Shown here: positions 14,203 to 28,755 of the stretch, piece by piece
Layout: the number at the start of each line of letters is the position of its first letter
Position numbering within the stretch: the stretch's first letter is position 1
Source of the DNA: Chrysomallon squamiferum
Taxonomy: Eukaryota; Animalia; Mollusca
DNA: 64,000 nt
Assembly (NCBI GenBank): GCA_012295275.1
Contig: CM022666.1
Span: 3,906,001 to 3,970,000, forward strand
Direction of reading: 5' to 3'
The notes under the pieces: generated by a model
The model's database searches: none
What the model saw: only the letters and a program-made list of their open reading frames with translations
Told to the model about the DNA's origin: nothing
Translations under genes and position numbers: made by a program

Positions 14203-14769
14203 CTTTCAGAACATATGTAATATATAAATGTAAACTGAACAGTTTATTTTTGATAAATACCATACATTATAGAAAGTATGAGATAAGAGACCAAGCCTTT
14301 TTTTTGAAATAAAATATATCTTTTTTAAAATACAGGTTATTAAAAAACAAAAAGTTATATATTTACAAACGTTATTTTCCCTTTTGTTTTACATTGATAC
14401 ATTTCTTTTTAAATTTCATCTCTGTTTTATAAAGTCTTCTGTTTACCACTCTCTCTGTCTCTCTCTCACTATACACATGTAGATTTAAAATTAAAAGTTA
14501 GCTCTACTGTATAGGTACATCTACTGTAAAAGAAATTACTATTATTTTTTTTTTATATATATATATTTATCCTTGAATATGCCAGTTTTTGGCATTTTTT
14601 TTGAAAACAGATAAAAAAATTATAAAAAATTATTGAAACTGCTGTCAAATGAAGTTAAATTAAGTCATTTTTTAATTATATATATACACACATATGTAAA
14701 TATAATATAAAAGCATATATATATATAATTCTTACTTCATGAATATTTAACAAATAATATACCTATTTG

Positions 14770-14927
<158 letters not shown>

Positions 14928-16089
14928 CACCAAACTCACTAAATTACTACAACTTAAGATTTAAATGTAAATATAAAACAAAAGAATTTAAAATTAAAAC
15001 AGAGTTCCACTGGTATTCCATAACAGAAAAATAAAAAGATTATAAAATTGTATGGTCCTGTTGATTAAAAACAATAAAGAAAAAATAATAAAAAAAAAGA
15101 AATTGCATTCTGGCACTTAATAAATTTTGGATGTTAAAACAGAATATAAAAGAAAATAATAAAAAAACATCAAATAAAGTATTCTTACATAAAATAGGTA
15201 AGCATTTAATTGAAAAAGAAATAAGATAAGGAAATAACAAGAACAAAAAAAAAATAAATAAATAAAATTTCAGAATTAAAACAAAAAGTGGGAAATACAT
15301 TAGACTAAAGATGATTTAAAAATGAAAATAAATTTTAACAAATGAAACATGAGAAATGAAACTGAAAAAAAAAAAATAAAAAAAAAGTGCATTTAGAATT
15401 AAACTAAACGAATATAAAATAAAATGAAAATAAATCTAAAATCAATTTAGTGTATGTAAAAACAAAAACACAAAAATTAAGACATAAAATGAAATTAAAA
15501 GAAATGAATAATTACCTTGTATTATGAGAAACAAACAACTAGTGTATGAGAATTTTTTTATTATTATTTATTATTTTATTTTATTTTTTTTTTTTTTTTT
15601 AATCTATAAATGAACTGTTTTACAGTAACTTATTATTTACAACTGAAATTTGTTGCTTCACATCTTAACTGTAATTCTTTTTGGTTGGAGTTGCTCGTTT
15701 CCAAAATAATTAGTAAATTTTTGAAATACAATTTCATCATATTTTTATTATTTTTTTATTTTTTAGAATACATAAGGTTTATGTCTAACCAACATTTTAA
15801 ACTTTCTTACGCAGCCAGTTCGAGTTAAATAAATTAACTATTTTGCACTTTAATACCTTGCATCTTATTTGTGAGTGAAACTCAGTGGAAAATTGAATTA
15901 GTTCCGTGAATGAATAAGGCAGACTAGGTAACCTACCAGTTACATTTTCTCAATCAGCACAATGAAACAAAAAAAAGAGAAATACCATGGCTTATCTATC
16001 ATGTTCAAAATCAGAGTCTTGAGAACAGATTTAAATTCAAGCCACATGGATACATTGGAAAACTGATGGTTCTTTTTGTCAGTGTTTTG

Positions 16090-16323
16090 TCTCCATATTT
16101 CTCAGTCAAAACCAGAGCTTCGTGTATAAGGTGTTATAAAAATAATAGTAATTTTTGTTAATGATGCATCTACATGTTTCCCAATCTAACCAGAGCTCCG
16201 TGTATCTGGTTAGATAGATACATGTGAAAAATAATAATTCTCTACATCAATGTTTCCTATGCATATTTCCCATTCTAACAAAAGCTCTGTATCTATCTAC
16301 CTATCTATCTACCTATCTGTCTA

Positions 16324-16366
<43 letters not shown>

Positions 16367-16660
16367 ATACACACATATCTAGATAAGTAAAATAAATTTT
16401 TAATGTTTTATAGATATTTCACATTATAATCAGAGCTCTGTGCATGAAGGCATGAAAAATAATAGTCCTTTTTATAAATGTCTCAATTGCATAATTTCCC
16501 ATTACAACCAGAAATCTCTGAATCAGACAAATGGAAGTATTTGAAAAAATCATACTTGTTTTTAAAAATAATTTATCTATATATTTCCATAGAGATATTT
16601 TCTGTTCTAACCAGAGTTCCATCTATTAGGCCAAAAGTACATGTGAAAAATAATAGTTAT
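16090..16660 (+). repeat. Degenerate tandem array, ~80-100 bp unit (TTTCCCATTCTAACCAGAGCTC...AAAAATAATAG)
   Basis: Six cores at about 16098, 16177, 16267, 16417, 16495 and 16598. One unit is interrupted by (ATCT)n. Confidence 0.7.
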
Positions 16661-17318
16661 TTTGTTTATGTTTTTTGCACTTTATCATCATAACAGTCCT
16701 TTTTTACTTTCCTGTCATTATTATTGTTATTATTTTGGTTATCTTGTTGAAAATCATATTTCTGATATATATATATATATATATGATGAAAGTGAAAGAT
16801 GTAAAGTTTTGGTAATTTAAAAAAAAAAAAAATATATATATATATTTTTTTTAAAACACCACACACACTCTGGACTAAAGAATCAATAGTGGAGGGAATG
16901 GGAAATTAAAAACAAAAGAATATTAAAAAAAAAAAAAAAAAAAATGCCTTAACATATGTTCTGCATCAGGATTAAATTTTTTTACTTTTTATTTGCCACC
17001 TGCACATTCACGAATCCTCTGTTACCTGCACTTCCTGGTGGGAAGCTGCCAAATGCTGGAATTACTTCCCTTGATGTTTTGTTGCTGATATTACAGATTC
17101 CACGTATTAAGGCGGAAAAGATTGGAGATAAATTAATTGAAAAAAGCAGAGGTTGCCTTGTGGGAGACCTGGACCACGTAGGCAGCCATATTGGATTGTG
17201 CGATTACTGTTAATTGACCTGTGAATAAGTCGACTCCTATTATAAAATCAATAGGCACAGTGTAGGAGTGTGGTGGCCGGTATGCCATTTCTGGCTTTCA
17301 CCGATTTGTTAGTGGAGT

Positions 17319-17372
<54 letters not shown>

Positions 17373-17576
17373 TGAAGAGGAAATAATAAGATTTTTGATG
17401 CCATAATTCATGTTCAGAGCCATGTTGTATTATCTTATCCTTTGTATTGTTTAAATTATTTTAATTTTTGTTATTTATTATTGTTATTTTTGTTTTTTTA
17501 AATATTCGTGAAGTAAGAATTAGCATAAAAAGATGGTGTTTTTTTTTATATCTGTCTTACATTATCTTTTCTCTTT

Positions 17577-17663
<87 letters not shown>

Positions 17664-18721
17664 GTCCTTCCTCTTATCTCTCTCTTTTTTTTTTTTTTTC
17701 TACACATGCACTTATTTATCTTTCTTTCTTTTTTTTTTTCTCATTTTTACATCCATCTTTTTTATTTATTTGTTTTCATTTATTACTGATATTACCATTA
17801 TACCTGTGTATGTTCATTAACATATTTCATTAATGATTTTTATCATTATTATTACATATTTATTTTGGCTTTATTATTGACATATTTTATTATCTTGACA
17901 GCTGTTAATTTGTACCTTAATAACATCCTAGACGTGACAATGTCTGCTTTTCTGTTTGTCTGTCCATGCAGTGAGGTGTGTATGGCTTAATACAAACACA
18001 GACAATAGCTACCTTATATTTGATAATAATCTCATAGATATGAAATAAAATAATAAAACTATATGAAATAAAGGTATGTTCTAAAATGCATAAATATTAT
18101 ACAGACACTTATTATGTATGTATTATTGTATATAATTATATATATATATATATGTGCATGTGTGTGTGTGTAAATGTGTGAGAAAGCAAGACAGAATGTG
18201 TGTAGTGTGTGTGTGTGTGTGTGTTGTGTGTGTGTGTGGTATTTGTGTGTGGGATTGAAAAGTAATATCTATGGCTAAATTACAGTAATATGTTTTTCTA
18301 TATCTAAAATTTAAAAAAATATATATTCAAAAGAAAATCTCAACATAGTCTATAGCACAAATACAACAGATACTGTAGAGCTTAGTGAAAAATTAAATAA
18401 AGAAGTAAATAAGAGTTAATTTATTTATTTAGCAGTTGTTTGAATGTTGTATGTATATGTGCAATTTGTGCACATGTATACAAACAGCATAATATTACAT
18501 GTATTTATGTGTGTGTGTGTTTTGTATCATTGTAAGCATAAGTATGTCTGTCATTTTTGTAAGTATATGCATACCATACCATACAGTTTTTTATGTATGT
18601 ATATTAGTCAATGATTTTAATTGCTGGAGCAAATTTTCAAATCTTATTAAGTTGTTAAGAAAGTAAAAATAGTAAAATTGCTAATCAATTTTCCCCCAAA
18701 ATGAATTTTTCAGTTTGCATT

Positions 18722-18731
18722 TGTATATATG

Positions 18732-18770
<39 letters not shown>

Positions 18771-18772
18771 GT

Positions 18773-18806
<34 letters not shown>

Positions 18807-18821
18807 ACGTATATATGTACC

Positions 18822-18852
<31 letters not shown>

Positions 18853-19092
18853 ACATATATGTACACCCATACACACACACACATGTTTATTGTACACCCA
18901 CACCCACATGTATATATGTTCACAACATACACACATGCACACAAATACACACATACACACACACACACGTTTATATGTACACCCACACCCTCACCCATAT
19001 ATATATGTACACACACACACGTATATATATATATATATACACACATACACAGTTCACACACACACATATATATATACACAGACACACACCTG
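18722..19092 (+). repeat. Compound repeat of ATATATGTAC followed by (CA)n
   Basis: About eight units; source of the HTHT/CVCV ORFs. Confidence 0.9.
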
Positions 19093-20677
19093 TTTCTATA
19101 CAAACATTCTTCCTACATCTACATCACAAATTAAAAGAAATTCTCATTAAAAACGACCACATATTGTTTGATATTGTTAAAACTGCTAAGGTTAATGAAC
19201 TTCCTTGAATGTCCAAGTATTCCAGTTGAAGGGAATTAGTGCAGCTTGGATCAATAAACGGCTATCGGCAGAAGCTGGCATAAATAACTGTAAAGAAAAA
19301 TGGTTACACCCTTTCGATACTGCAACAGGTGCCATGATGGTTTGAGTACTGGACATATAAGACATGTTTGTTAATAAGAATATGGCTAATGAAGTAAACA
19401 GATGTTGTTTCATTTAAAAGTAACTCTTACTGGATTGTGGTTGGTTTCAGCAAGATTTCAGATTTGAATATTGTGTGCGTTTAAAAATGTTAGTGTCAGT
19501 TGTTGGTGATTTTATTTTATTTTATTTTATTTTATTTTTTATTTTATTTTATTTTATTTTATTGTTATTTTTTTATCTTTTTATCTTTTTATTTTTATTT
19601 TTTTTAAATTTTTTAAAAAAAAAAAAAAAATTATTTTATTTTTTTGAAGTGTCTAGACATAACATTAACATGTGTAAAATCTTCTGTTGAGTTTTACTGC
19701 TCTAATTACACTTGTTGGTGATAAGAAATAAAGAAACTTTCAGCAAGGCTGTATGCTTTGTTTTCTGAGTGAGATAAAGAGATGTTTAAATCACAGTGTG
19801 TAAAGACAAAAAAAACAACATCCTAGCTAAGATTCAGTGGTTTGTTTAAAATGGTACTGAGTAACCATTACAGTTTCATTCACATCCAAAAAAAAAAAAA
19901 CATAAAGTTTTTTGTTGACATGCTAATTAAAATGTTTCATTCATCTAAATGTCATTTATTTATGTATGCCAGCCATTTGCTTGTTTGTTCAGTCATTGTT
20001 AGCCTATTCATTTACATATTCATTCACATTTGCTTATTTACATTAGCATCTTTATTTCATTATTCATTAAACAATTAGCTAATTCATTTGTACATTCATA
20101 TTCATCCGCTTATTAACTTTCTCATTTGCTTGCTTGTTCCTGCATTTGAGTATTTCATTTTCTTATTCTTTAATTTGTTTACTTATTCATTAATCCATTT
20201 AGTATAAAAAGTTTGCCTTCTTTTTTCTCTGTTTAATTTGCTTAATCATTACATAGTTCCCAGAACCTTTGAAAAGCCACTCCTTCATGAGCAACAATTT
20301 CAGTTTTTTTCCTGATCCAATCCCACCTGTTATTGATGACGTCTTATTCAAATTACTTTGTAGGTGTTTTTTTCTTTTTCTTTTTCTTTTATTATAAGAC
20401 AAAATGGAATGGTATATGCAGGATAGTGTATTAAACAGTTTGTGTTATAAGCAAGTTAAACTAATTGGTTAAATTAGGAATTAAAAATTGCTTTGGATTA
20501 AAGAGTTAATAATGTTGGAAAACAAAAGACATTTAATTTAACAATTTTTCTTTAAATGTCCCCCTTTTTTTTTTTACAAGGTTCTGGATTCAAATTATCC
20601 TCATTTAAACAGAGTGTTGGTGTTCAGATGAACCAAAACTAATAATAACAAATAATTTCTGCTTTAAAATTTTATTT

Positions 20678-20720
<43 letters not shown>

Positions 20721-20889
20721 CAACTCCAAAAACATACATGATTAAAATAACCCAGAAGTCAGTGACTGAAGCACTTCTGTTTGTAACTGTGAAATGAGCC
20801 GAACAGTTTTCCAAAATTATGCAAAAAATGTTCAGAGGAAATGAAGTGTAAAACGTCAGTTTTATTTCTGAAATTTTTCTTTCTTATTC

Positions 20890-20920
<31 letters not shown>

Positions 20921-20958
20921 CATTTTGCCAAACAGATCTTTTCTAACATCAACAGTAA

Positions 20959-21016
<58 letters not shown>

Positions 21017-22929
21017 AATAACAAAAAAAAAAAAAAAAATAAATAAATAAATAAATAAATAAATAAAAATGATTTTTTAAAAAATAAAATAATAAAAATA
21101 AGAAATGCATTTGGATATTCATCTTCCATTAAAAAAAGTTATAATTCTATGAAAAAATAAAATAAATAAATAAAATAAAATGATAAGTGAAGTATCTAAA
21201 TGATATCCATTACTATATATACATATATATATCATTATATATATATAAAACCACTGATTTCTTTCTAGTAAAACAAACAAGGGCAGACTGTCCCTACCCT
21301 TCTGCCTAAATATCATTTCATCCATATTCAGTCCAGAAGAGGGAAATATTCCCAAAACAACAAATAAATAAGTAAAAACAGAGTACTTGCAGATGGGTAC
21401 ATTCTTCTGTATTTGGCAGACGCCTTTGAAGAAGAGAAGAAGGGGTGGAGCACTCTGAGATAACTGTTATTCATTTCAGTGTGAAGATTGGATTAGCAGA
21501 TGGTACAGCAGACGGTACTTGTCAGCCATCTTGGCCAAGGATAGAAATAAATTTGCTTTATGAATTGCAGACCTGTTCAAGTTACTTGAAATTTAAAAAT
21601 TATGTTGGTCTTTTGTTTCTTCAGTTTGAGTAAAAAAAAAACAAAAAAAAAAATCATTATGCTTATTAAATGGTGACCAATCTTTGCTTATAAAAAAGTT
21701 TACATGTGGTAGTGTTTGTTTATAATAAATAATATTTGTTTGGTGCAAGTACCTAAATATAGATTAATAGAGTTTGCCAATCAATAAAGTGTATTTATGG
21801 TTCAAACTGTTAACCAAAAGCCATAAAACATGAAACAAATCTTTATTTAAAATAAAGTATGTTTGATGCATTGTCAACAAATAGGTTAAAAATACATGGC
21901 CAATCTTTACATACAATAAAATTTACATGAAACAGTATTTGCTAATAGTGGAATATATTTATGATTATAACAAATAGCCTAATATATATCATACGTTAAA
22001 AATATTTGCTTCTATCAAACAATACTTGTGGGATGAATTAGAGTTAACACTTGTATATTATACATAGCTAATCTTTGTTTATAATAAAATCGCATGAACA
22101 AGCAGTCAAAACACACATACACCATCTTTGATTTCAGTAAAGTATATTTTTCATGGTGTGAACAAATAAATATAGAACAAATGATGTTGTGATAAAATTA
22201 AAGATGTCAGACTCCACTAAGCCTCAACAGACATCTTCTTGTTATTAGTTTTATTTTAATTTATTTTGTTGTATTTTTACTTTTTCATTTATTTATTTAT
22301 TTATTATTTTATTTTATTTTATTTTATTTTATTTATGTTTTAAAAGACATATTTGTCCATTTTGACCTAAAAATGGATCATTCGGTATGATGCTCAGTTT
22401 AAACCTTATCCAGAAAACTTTAACAAAAACAGAACAAAGTTAACTGTTTGCTATTGATCTGACACAGCAGTCTGGAATCATGTGACTTGGTGCAAGGTCA
22501 CCTTAAACCACAGGATGTGACCTTTGAGGTCGGTGCGTCTGAATGTACTAGGGTCTAAACAACAGGTTTAAATAAGATTATAGTCGGATTTTTTTGTTTT
22601 GAAATTAGATAATAAAACAGAGATTAAAGTTAATTTAAAAAATAATTAAATTTTGTATTTATTAACAACTTGTATTATACATAAAATACTCCCAACCAGC
22701 AAAAAACAACAACAAAAAACCAAAGGTTTTATTCATTTTTTAAAATAAATTTAACAACCTCAAGGTCATTTTTGTTAATGTTTGAATGAATTAATGAGTA
22801 AAAAAGTTCTATCAACATGTTTATTACATATATATATAAAAAAAGAAAAAAGTAGTTCTATGTAATTATGTAAAAGATTAAATCTGTGGATACCATATTA
22901 TTTGGCAGCAAATAATCTTTTATGTGAAT

Positions 22930-23048
22930 GTTCTCTGTAAAATACATTAACGTAGCCTTTTCATCTACTAGTTAGGGTGGAATGGGAAATTAGCTAATAT
23001 TGAGCTTTGATCCTGTAGCCCATCATATGTCACTACTGAGCCAGAATC
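22930..23048 (-). mobile_element. Decayed tRNA-derived SINE, 5' portion
   Basis: The minus strand reads TGGCTCAGTAG (A-box-like), then GGATCAAAGC (B-box-like), then TTTCCCATTCCA. The same order occurs in other copies in the window. Confidence 0.5.
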
Positions 23049-23184
23049 ATCTACCATGAAAGAGAAAGCTAGATGGTTGTGCGAAACATAAAGCATCTGT
23101 GTAGTTTTTTTAGAGTAAATAATTCATGAACTGTCTGGACCTAAGAATGATGTCTGTTGACCAAATGTCTTGTTCTTTTGAGGA

Positions 23185-23215
<31 letters not shown>

Positions 23216-24203
23216 GATTAATAATATGTTTACTCATTTTCCATAGTTGACAGGATGATAAAAGGGTGCATGCTGGGTAATGAGTCTTGGTAAATATTTA
23301 AAAGTTGGGTCATTCCAGGAGGAAATTGGGAGGTTTAAAACAAAACTGGAGGGAAAAAACAAAATCTGGTGGCAGAGTTAGATTTCTTGTCCTCATGCAG
23401 GAATGTGCACTGCTTTGACATTTTCGATGTCACTGGCTGATTTTGTTTCTGAGGGAAAAAAAATGTCCCAGTCTTTGTTTATTTTGTGGGTCTGTTTGTT
23501 TATGCATCCATTTATTTTTTTAATTTCATATCTTCAAGCTAGCCATGGCTGTAAATGACAAAGGAATGTACAACAATTAAAGCTGGAGATAAATAATTGA
23601 CTTTGTTTTAGTGAAGTTCTTATCTGTATGCTTGAAGGTGTGTGTGTCTGTGTGTTTGTGTGTGTGTGTTTGTCTGTCTGTCTGGCTGATACGTCAAACC
23701 AATACACTGTTAAAATTATTGTTTTACGGAATAGAAAAGAGTATTCAGGGATACACACTTTAGTCGCACAGCTTTTGATAGAAAAGCTGGAAGCTGGATG
23801 TGACCTCACATTCTTCCAGCCATCAGACTAAAAGCTTAACCATCTAACCATCAAGTCTGGTTATGTGTATGTAATGACCTTATTGAATTAAACAGCTGAG
23901 TGTCTGTGTGTCTGTGTTCTGCTGTATGGAAAGATGTTTATTGATGTAATTAAGATGAATGGCTGGTGTTATTTCAGACTGAGTTGATGTATGTGCTTTT
24001 GTTATGTCTGATTGTCTGTCTGTCTGTCTGTGTCTGTGTGTGAGGAAATCTTTTTAACATTCTTCAAGTGAATGATTCATTCGGTTTCACGTGTTTAGTT
24101 TATCTTTCCACCCTCTCTCTGTGTGTGCTCTTTCTCTCTCACCTTTTCTCTATTTTTCATCCGCTATCTGTCTTCTGTATTTCTTCTTGTATATCATTTT
24201 GTT

Positions 24204-24262
<59 letters not shown>

Positions 24263-25344
24263 CTCTCTCCTGTATTTCTTTTTCTCTTTCTATTATTACT
24301 GTTTCTCTGTTTATCTATAATCTGTCTACCTATCTATCTATCTATCTATCTATCTATATATATATATGTTTGTCTATCCATAATGTCTGTACATGGGGGA
24401 TATAAGTTTGTATTCTAGGGTTTTTAACCTTAAAAAAAAAAAAAAAAAAAAATTCTTACTCAACACACAGACTTATCAGTTTCATTTTTCTCATCATGTG
24501 TGGATCACAAGTTTATTATTATTTACGTATTTGGCCAACAGAACTTATTGTTTCAAGCAGTTCTTTTTCTATCTGTCTGTCCATTTGTCTCAAAGATCAG
24601 TTTTGTTTTCTGTCTGTAATTGGTTCAGAGCTTCTCTTTCTCAGACTTTCTTAATATGGCTCTGTCTACGGGTTTTTTCTTCTTCTGTTTATTCACATTC
24701 TTAAATTAATGTATGTCTGTTTGAACCCAGGCCAGGCTCTGATTCCAACTTCTCTTTTTTCCTTTTCTTATTGGTGGGGTACTGTCGGCTTGTCTGTGTG
24801 TCAGACTGTCACCCACTTATTTGGCTACCTAGTTTCCAATTCCATGACATATTATAATAAGCAAGGTTAAATCTTTTTTTTTTTTTTTTTTTTTTTTTTT
24901 TGTATTTTCATTTCATATATAAAGACTTGGCTTAACAAGTTGGCTACAACCTTGAGCAGTCACTCACAATTTTATTAACTTGTCAATATGTCAGGAAAAT
25001 GAATGAAAAAAAACATTTTTTGGCAGTGTATACACAGAATTAAATACTGCTCTAGACGTTTATCCCAGCCTCTCCTTATTAATTCAAACTACTGATGGAA
25101 AGGTGGTTACAAACACAACTGTTACTCCACATCTGCGACACAGTGTGGTTTGAATGGGAAAAAAACGTATTTTGGATGCTAAAAGGGAAACAGCCCATCA
25201 GTATTTTTTTTTTTTATCACTTTGCTACATTATGCTGCACAACAGCAGATAGATGATGAATTTAGAACTTATTCTAATTACCTCGACAGAGACAGTTTAA
25301 CTGAAATTAGCTGTTTGTATGTGTGTTGTTTTCCTGAAAGTTCA

Positions 25345-25760
25345 GTTGTCTACCAGCATAGTTTGTCTACAAATAGTTGTCTGCAAGTACACAGCTATCT
25401 ATAAATAGTTTGTCTACAAGTTCAATATTGTCTACAAATAGTCATTTGTAGTTACAAGATTAGTTTGTCTACAAGTACAACATTGTCTACAAATAATCAT
25501 TTATAAGATTACTTTGTCTACACTAATGTACTGTCTACAAATTGTCATTTATAAGATTAGTTTGTCTACAGTAATGTATTGTCTACAGCTAGTTGTGATA
25601 AGTATAGATCTACAAGTACAACATTATCTACAAATAATCATTTATAAGATTACTTTGTCTACACTAATTTATTGTCTACAAATTGTCATTTATAAGAATA
25701 GTTTATCTACATAGAGTATTGTCTACCAATAGTTGTGAAAAGAACAGTCTGTCTACTAGT
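25345..25760 (+). repeat. GTCTAC-core tandem array with higher-order ~141-bp period
   Basis: TGTCTACA recurs every ~17-30 bp. CTACAAGTACAACATT..CTACAAATAATCATTTATAAGATTACTTTGTCTACACTAAT is repeated at 25469 and 25610. Confidence 0.85.
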
Positions 25761-26700
25761 ATAGAACTGAAGTAAGTACAGTTGTATTTACAGATGCACA
25801 CAGTCTTGGCTAGAAGTACATTTTGACTACAAGTACATTTTGAATGTAAATCTGTTATGCACAGGACACGTGTGGAATTTCAAAGTGTCACTTTGGCTAT
25901 GTAATGCTTTACCATCTGCTCAAAGTGAATTACAGGCTGACTTGAAGGATTTTTGAATAAACACTGCCAGGGTAACAGGAGAATGTGAGAAAATGGAAAA
26001 TTCAAATAAACTATTTTTACTTGCCTTGCTTGTCCCGGAGGCCTGTTTTGGGTAGACGATTATTTGTTGGTCATTTTTAATTTTTGGATTTTTATGGAAA
26101 AAAATATTTAGCCCATATTTGAATAGGATTATCCATGTATTTGTTTTTGGATGTATATTAAATCTAGACAGACAGACACACACACTCACACACACACAAA
26201 CACACACAAACACACACGCACTTCCTACACATTTATTCTGACCTGATTTTCTTTCTAAAATTACATTCTTAAACATTACTTCTGAAATTAAATTTCTTTT
26301 CTTGCTATATTTAGAAGACCATTAACTGCTATTAACTTTATATGTTAAGCCTACACAAGGCTTTCCTTGTTTTGTGTAGGTGGAATAATACACAGCAAAA
26401 TGCTGCCATTAACAACTTTTTCCCTCTTTATAATCAATACTGTTTATTTTTATCTCAATTATAGATAGCCAATCAATAGAAATAAGATTTCATTTTTCTT
26501 AAAAAAAGATAACATTGATTTCGTTCACCTACACAGTACAGTGGGTTTGGTTTTGATTTGTGAATTAGAGAGATGTGAGCAGTAAGTCAGCAGAAATTAA
26601 AAATTATTAATGAATGGAAACTGCAAGCGAAAGCAAAAAAAAAGAAAAAGATAAAATAAAGGCAGGAAGACATGATAGACAAAGGGAAAGATTTTAAGGG

Positions 26701-26808
26701 TGTGGGTACAAGGTGCCATTTTTAACCAAATCTGCACAGTGCCATTTTTTCCAAGTGACATTTTGTCCAGTGACATTTTGTCCTGTGCCATTTTTTCTGT
26801 AACCCACA
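26701..26808. mobile_element. Small non-autonomous DNA-element-like insert with 15-bp internal repeats
   Basis: The termini TGTGGGTACA and TGTAACCCACA are inverted with one indel. Five GTG(C/A)CATTTT units lie at 26713, 26739, 26755, 26770 and 26785. Confidence 0.5.
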
Positions 26809-28269
26809 GAAACATATAGAAAGGCAGGAAGACAGGATAGACAAAGGGAAGGATAGTAATAGAGGGGGAGCAGAGGCAGAAAGGATAAGAAAAAGAACGA
26901 ATGAAGAAAGACAGAATATAGAAGAGAACGGGAATGATGGAGTAAGGGAAAAGAAAAAGAAGGACACGAGAGAGAAAGAAAGAAACAGAAAAAGGAGACA
27001 AAAAATAATAATAACAAGATGGAGAGGAGAGAGATAAAGTGAAAAGTAGAAAAGCGAAATATCACAATTCACAGTGTACCTCAGCACTGCCTCTTCGTTG
27101 ATACTACTTCATTTGACAAAACTTGTCACATACGTAGCTTTACAAAAATAAACAACTAAAAAATATGTTTTGTTAATTTTTTTATTTTTTTTTAAAAAGG
27201 AGGTCACCATTATTAATGAAATTCTTCAAATTTTTGGAATTTCATTGGTTGCAATGCAAGAAGAAGAAGAAGAAGAAAAACAAAAAAGGTTCCATTCACA
27301 TGAAAAAATTCGGAAAAAAAAATAAAAGAGGACAAAATAAGTCTTTCTGAAGGAAATGGTTATTTATCTAACTGCACTGCAGCGCCCTCTGTAAACAAGT
27401 CGCAAGATAACTGGAGGATTTAAAAGATGAAGGAATAAATGTAGCTCTCCATTTCTGCATAACAGTATATCATATCTGGGGGATACTTGTAAACAAAATT
27501 TCTCTAAATTAAATTTTGAAAATAATATATAAATAAATAAAAGAAATGAGAGAGAGAAAAAGAAAAATATTTCAAATATAATAATTTTCAAAAACAAAAT
27601 AATAAAATTTTAAATATATTAATAATAAGGGTGAAAGTATTAGGATGGGTGTATTTACATATGTATATATTTGTATAATAGATATGTGTTTGTGACATAA
27701 GTATCTGTTTATATAATAGATATACTTGTGTATTAACATGTGTTTGCATAATGAATATGTATGTTTACTTAAATAACTGTATGTTTGAGTTATGGATTCA
27801 TATGTATATGTGTATATGCTTGTGTGTGTTTGTATTCCATATATCTTCCATAAACTTTACATGCATTATATCTTTATATATATATGTTTATGTATATGGG
27901 GACGTAGACATTACTGTACATGCAATATTATTTCTTTTCATCTTCAACATATTTAAATACACAAACACAAGACTGAAAATGACTTTTCAGTTGACTGAAA
28001 TAGCCAGATCATGTTTTGTGCTGATTACCCACGTAATTGATAAATTCTGCAACCCAATACCTCCACATTAGATGAAAATAAATGATAAAGGAATCTGAAC
28101 TGAAGAATCAGCAATGTACAGAGGACAATTAAATTAAGCGTCTGGACAGGGCCATATCCTTTTTCCCTAACACTGATTCATTGTCAGTTTTTCTCCCTGC
28201 AAAATTTAGTTAACATCCACAGTGAAAAATCATCTTAACAGTATGTTTGTAATTTTGTGAATGTGTGTG

Positions 28270-28307
<38 letters not shown>

Positions 28308-28663
28308 ATTTGTAATGGAGCAGAAAAGTGCATTTCTGAAACATAGCACAGATTTTGGGTAACCTTTTTTTTTTTTTTTTTTTTTTCATTTTATTGTTTC
28401 TCTGCCAAAAAAAACAAAAAAAATTTAAAAAATTAAAAAAAGAAAGAAAAAGAAAGGGGAAAAAAAAAAAAGAAAAAAAAAACATGAAAAAATAAAAACT
28501 TACAAAAACAAACAGAAATTTTAAACATTTTTAAGAGAGAAAAAAGAAACTAAAAAGAAAGAACATGGCGGAAAAGGGAAAGGAATTTTAGAGAAGAAGA
28601 AATTAAAAAGTCAACGTTTTTATAATATCTCATAGCCTGCAGTGCTCACTTGAAGATTTCCCA

Positions 28664-28755
28664 TTTCCCATTCTAACCAGAACCCCCAAGACCGAAATTT
28701 ATAAGGCCATAATTGTGTAAAGCTGTATATAAAAATATCCCTTGTTAGTAACAGT
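28664..28755 (+). mobile_element. Decayed SINE body fragment
   Basis: TTTCCCATTCTAACCAG ... AAGGCCAT ... TATATAAAAATATCCCTTG, collinear with the copy at ~33455-33540. Confidence 0.45.

Noticed and set aside
18681-19208. Five overlapping ORFs of 93-159 aa (HT/CV-rich)
   Set aside because: These are translations of (CA)n/(TA)n compound repeats. The same applies to the LSLS, RERE and poly-F ORFs across the window.
26597-27087. Three overlapping minus-strand ORFs of 121-134 aa
   Set aside because: They result from a stop-poor pyrimidine tract plus a repeat insert; the composition is low-complexity F/S/L.
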